Shown here: in pieces, positions 59,451 to 64,000 of the stretch
How positions within the stretch are numbered: position 1 is the first letter of the stretch
Layout of the letters: every line of letters starts with the position of its first letter
Source of the DNA: the human T2T-CHM13v2.0 reference genome, Homo sapiens
Assembly: GCF_009914755.1 (NCBI RefSeq)
Contig: NC_060928.1
Strand: one strand, 5' to 3'
DNA length: 64,000 nt
The notes under the pieces: model-generated
Seen by the model: the letters and a program-made list of their open reading frames with translations, nothing else
The model's database searches: none
Told to the model about the DNA's origin: nothing
Made by a program: the position numbers and the translations under genes

Positions 59451-61296
59451 TAAGACATACATATTTATTTCTACTTGAGATATATATAGTTTCAAATTGG
59501 TAATTTTGAATAATTGGCAGAGACAGTGTTAAACAGAATAGGGGATGATACAAACGTAAGGAAAAAATAATAAAATTCACTGGATGGGTGAAGTTTGTTT
59601 CACAGGACACAGAGAAAAGGGAAACCTGAGAATTCTAAATCTGATGTGGTTTCATGGCCCAGCTCTCTGTTTTATGTCTTTGAGATATACGGCAATTTAC
59701 TTAACTTTTCTGAACTTCAGTGACCTCAAGTAAATATAAAGAGTTACTGAATTCAAGCCCTAAAATTATATTCTTTGATTTCCTTTTATATTCCTTTCTC
59801 TCTCCTTAATAAAGGAAAGTGCAGGATTTCTAGGGCAGAAGCCAGTTGGACTCCAGTTACACTGATGAAGTCAGAGAGATTTCAAACAGAAGCCAACTGA
59901 GAAATTGATCTTTTCAAAGACTAACACATCATAGTCTCATGGTAAAATGACATATATGTATTCACCTACATTTACATACCTTTTTTTGTTAACAGAAACC
60001 TTCACATTTTGTAAAGCTATCACTTATTTCCTTAATTGAAAAATAAAAGGGTTGTTGAAGACCAAGTTCAAATTCTAGTTTGAATTAGATGGTATATTTA
60101 GAAGAAAGGGACGGTATATTTCCCTTCAGAATGATCTGGAGGCCTGGTTCAAGATTCAAATACCTGGGCTTGCTGGAGTTCCACATCATGAGTTGGTGGT
60201 TCCGGTGGTAGGGCAACAGCCCATGCTCACTTCTTTCTCTTTCTGTCCCTGCTCTGCATCTCCTGAGGCCTTTGGATCCAAAGGCATAACATAACCTAGA
60301 CCACATGTCCAAACTTTCCTACCACCCCACCATCCCTGCCCCAGACAGTCCCCTCTTGTTCTCTTCTTGATCCAGGGAGCAGACAATAGCTGTGTGGTCC
60401 CTCTCAGGGGGACAGACCTGGAAAAGGGAACTGTGTATAAAATATTGGAGTCTCAGTTATTAAAAATGTGATCTAGAAGGCGGCATGTTTACTCTGTGCT
60501 CTTTGCCTTCTGGGGAGAAACAGGACTGGAGGAGGGACAGAAAGTAGCCCCTCTATAGGGTGGGACATGGGGCAAGTGTCCTTCTTGCCCAAGTCTAAAG
60601 TCCTGTTGCTGGATCCTTAATTGATTAACCTCTTTAGTTGCTTAACCTCCTACTTAGCTCCACTTTAACCACCCTTAGGCTCAGTTTCACTTTGGGCCTC
60701 CTAATCTCTCAAAATGGAAAATCTTTGCTCATGCCTTTCCTCTACTTTCATTCCTATCAGACCAGTGGATGATATTTCCTTTATTAACTTATGCAGGCAG
60801 GCCTTTCTGCTATGCATTCACTCAACTCAGCCACACCCTCCCCAAACTCTCTCAATCAGTTTCTGAGATATGCTGCTGTCTTTGTTCTTTTCTTCCTCCT
60901 ACCTTGCTCTTCATTTTATTATTTCCATTTAAGGTCCACCATGAGTCAGTCATTGGAGATAAATACAGCAGGACATAAGACAAACATGGCCCATGCTTCA
61001 TGGAGATCACAGTTTACTGGGGGAATGGATATTAAGTAATTAGATACAATTCTGATGAGTGCTGTGAAGGTGATGTACAAAGTTATATGAGAGTCTAAAA
61101 CAGGGTCCTAACATAATGTGGGAGCAATTGCACCTCAACTTTAGGTAAACAATCCTATTTCCTTTACTTTGGTTTCCATGCTGCTGCATATTCCTTGATT
61201 TAATGCTACTACTCAATCACAGCTGGGTCGTCCTTGCTACTTAATGATTTTGAAGTTTCACTCTCACAGGTTTTGTAAGAACTAAAGAACGGCTAA

Positions 61297-61589
<293 letters not shown>

Positions 61590-61875
61590 AAGAAAGGCTA
61601 AAATGTAATCAATGTAAAATAGGCTGTGATGTAATTCATGCTTACATGCATGTGGTAATCTCATACCAAAAGGATATAGCTAAATTTAATACAGAGAACA
61701 CACAGATTTGTTTTTCTCCTCATTTTGGAGCCTTGCTACTCTAAGCTTCTATCTATGCCTAGTGAAATATCTCCTAAGAATCATCACATCTATTTGTCTT
61801 GATTTATTTCATATAAATTGACCTTTTGTTAGCATTCATAGTACAAGGAAAATAAAAAGCAGTTACCTTCGATAG

Positions 61876-62247
61876 TGTATTAGTCCGTTCTCACGCTGCT
61901 ATAAAGAAATACCCAAGACTGGGTAATTTATAAAGGAAAGAGGTTTAATTGACTCACAGTTTCACATGGCTGGGGAGGCCTCAGGAAACTTACAATCATG
62001 GTGGAATGCAAAGGAGAAGCAAGGACCTTCTTCACATGGCGGCAAGAGAGAGAAGAGTGAAGGGGAAAGAGCCCCTGATTAAACCATCAGATCCCATGAG
62101 AACTCACTCACTATCACGAGAACAGCATGGGGAAACCGCTCCCATGATCTAATCACCTCCCATCAGGCTCTCTCCCTAGACACGTGGGGATTATGGGGAT
62201 TATAATTCAAGGTGAGATTTGTGTGGGGACACAGCCAAACCATATCA
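61876..62247 (-). mobile_element. Solo MaLR LTR (THE1/MST family)
   Basis: tgtattagtcc...aaaccatatca termini; TSD gatag/aatag. Confidence 0.92.
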
Positions 62248-62320
62248 AATAGCAAGTGCAATCTGTCTGGCTACTGAAAAGACATATCCATTACCAAATA
62301 ACAAATTGGCATTCTGATTT

Positions 62321-62481
62321 GTTTTCGTTTTTTAGAGACAGGGTCTCATCCTGTCACTCAGGCTGGAAAGCAATGGCACAATCATAGCTCACTGAAACCT
62401 GGAAATCCTGGGCTCAAGTGACCCTCCCAACTTGGCCTCCTGAAGCACTGGGATTACAGGTGCAAGCCACCACACCTGGCC
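62321..62481 (-). mobile_element. Alu monomer (FRAM-like)
   Basis: Single right-arm-like monomer; TSD cattctgattt at 62310-62320 and 62483-62493. Confidence 0.8.
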
Positions 62482-62724
62482 ACATTCTGATTTTTAAAAT
62501 CATTTTCTTATAGTTTTAGTGTAAATTGCTTACACATAAATTTTTTACCTGCTTATGCTTATATGAAATAATGCAATAGAACTAGAACTTCTGACCCTAA
62601 AATGCTAAGAATGTATCATGGATCCATGTTAATATTACTGACCTATAAAACTAACATGAGCTGTTAAGTTTTAAGTTTACTCTGAAATTGCTTCTTCTAA
62701 AACTGTATCAACTATGGATACTAA

Positions 62725-62866
62725 GAAAGAAGAGAATGAGGAGTGGGGAAGAGGAGGAGAAGGGAAAAGAGGAAGAAGAAGAGGAGGAGGGAAAAGAGGA
62801 AGAAAGAGAAGAGGAGGAGGGAAAAGAGGAAGAAGAAGAAGAGGAGGAGGGAGAAGAGAAGGAGGA
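62725..62866. repeat. GA-rich low-complexity tract with ~30-bp internal periodicity
   Basis: Repeats of gaggaggagggaaaagaggaagaagaagaa. Confidence 0.9.
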
Positions 62867-63089
62867 TAACTAAAAGAGTTTCTAAGTAATGAAAAGAAGT
62901 TGTGCCTAACTTTGCTCCATATGTAATTTAAAACATCAAGATACTGTGCCATCATAAGTATAAGGAAATTCAACTAAGTGCAGATTTTTCCATTATAACC
63001 ACATAAATGCTTTTTGAAATATCAAAAATTTCATTTTCCCTTCAAGATTTGTAACATCTTATCCTTTTTTTTTTTTGGCTTTGTCTCCT

Positions 63090-63595
63090 GTGCAAACTGG
63101 TTATAAATTCTTCCCATCTCTGTGTGCAGCTGCTTTGCAAAACTCCTCCTGTCAGGAGATGGCATTTATTTTTCCACTTCTTGAATCTGGGCTTGACCAT
63201 TTGTCTCATTTTGGCTGATGGGACATGAGTAAACTTGCAAGTAGAGGTTTAAAAAGTGCTTGTACTTTGAGATTTGGCATTTCTGTTTTTGTTTTTCAGA
63301 ATCTGGAGACAACTGTGGGTAGAAACCAGGGCTAGCCTATGGGAGGATGAGAGACAACATGAGACATGGATGAGTTGTCCCTTGTCTCAGAGATGAGGCT
63401 CATTAGGCCTAGCCAGCCTGCTAATGGCTATGAATGAAGTCACCCCAGACCACCACCCCAGCTGAGTCACACTAGGTGATCAGAGAGATTCAGCAAGTTG
63501 GCCCAGGGTAGAAGAATTGCCCTGTTTACTCACAGAATCACCATATAAACTGGTGGTTTTTTACGCTGCCCAGCTTGGGTGGGGTTGTTATTCAG
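63090..63595. mobile_element. Probable MLT1-type (MaLR) LTR remnant
   Basis: ttccacttcttgaatctgggcttgacc and cccagctgagtc..cacagaatca motifs resemble MLT1; heavily decayed. Confidence 0.45.
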
Positions 63596-64000
63596 TACCC
63601 GTCCTCCTGCTGAGTGGGAAGTTTGGCTCTGGCTGTGCCCAGGTTACGACACAGACATCTACCTGACAGCAAAGGGTCAGCATCGGTGGAGGCTCATCCT
63701 AAAGGAGGAACCTCCTGAGGTGAGAAGGGGAATACCAATAAGAACTGATTCCAGGGACCAGAGTGAGGAGAAAATAGAGTGGAATGGTTTCTTTGAAAGT
63801 AGATGCAAAACTCCTTTGAAAGAAGATGCAAAAAGAAGAACTTGTAAGACAAATGAAAAATCCCATCCAGAGAAAAGGCTTCTGGGAATGGAAGTAATAA
63901 CATACTGAACTGGGAAGAAACTTTGTTCTGATCTTTATCTTTGTAAAATAATAAAATGATCCTTTTTTGAAAGAGATTCCTTTAATATGATATATAGAGT

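Noticed and set aside
62677-62973. Poly-Glu / poly-Pro ORFs
   Set aside because: Translation of a GA-rich simple repeat.

Overview
Primate (human-like) AT-rich genomic DNA. The only supportable protein-coding feature is the first coding exon of arylsulfatase J (ARSJ) on the minus strand (ATG 45500, GT donor after 45103). It encodes a signal-peptide region, the LADD metal-binding motif and the CTPSR formylglycine motif, and sits in a CpG island (~45450-46700). Everything left of 45103 is one intron of more than 45 kb with no further exon recognised; everything right of the island is upstream intergenic DNA. The rest is transposon-derived: L1 copies (one nested antisense in another, one lacking both ends), Alus/FAM/FRAM, a full-length THE1 MaLR, two solo LTRs, a piggyBac MER85, MER2, MER5, L2, MIR, L3 and simple repeats. 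Subfamily labels come from recalled consensus sequences, not a database search. I see no novel multi-gene system. The most interesting signal is in the ARSJ leader: ~890 nt free of AUG, then three clustered uORFs. One has a strong Kozak context, is in frame, and ends in a TGA abutting the main ATG (TGA-ATG). Another bypasses Met1 and Met24 and stops 2 nt before a strong-context Met27.
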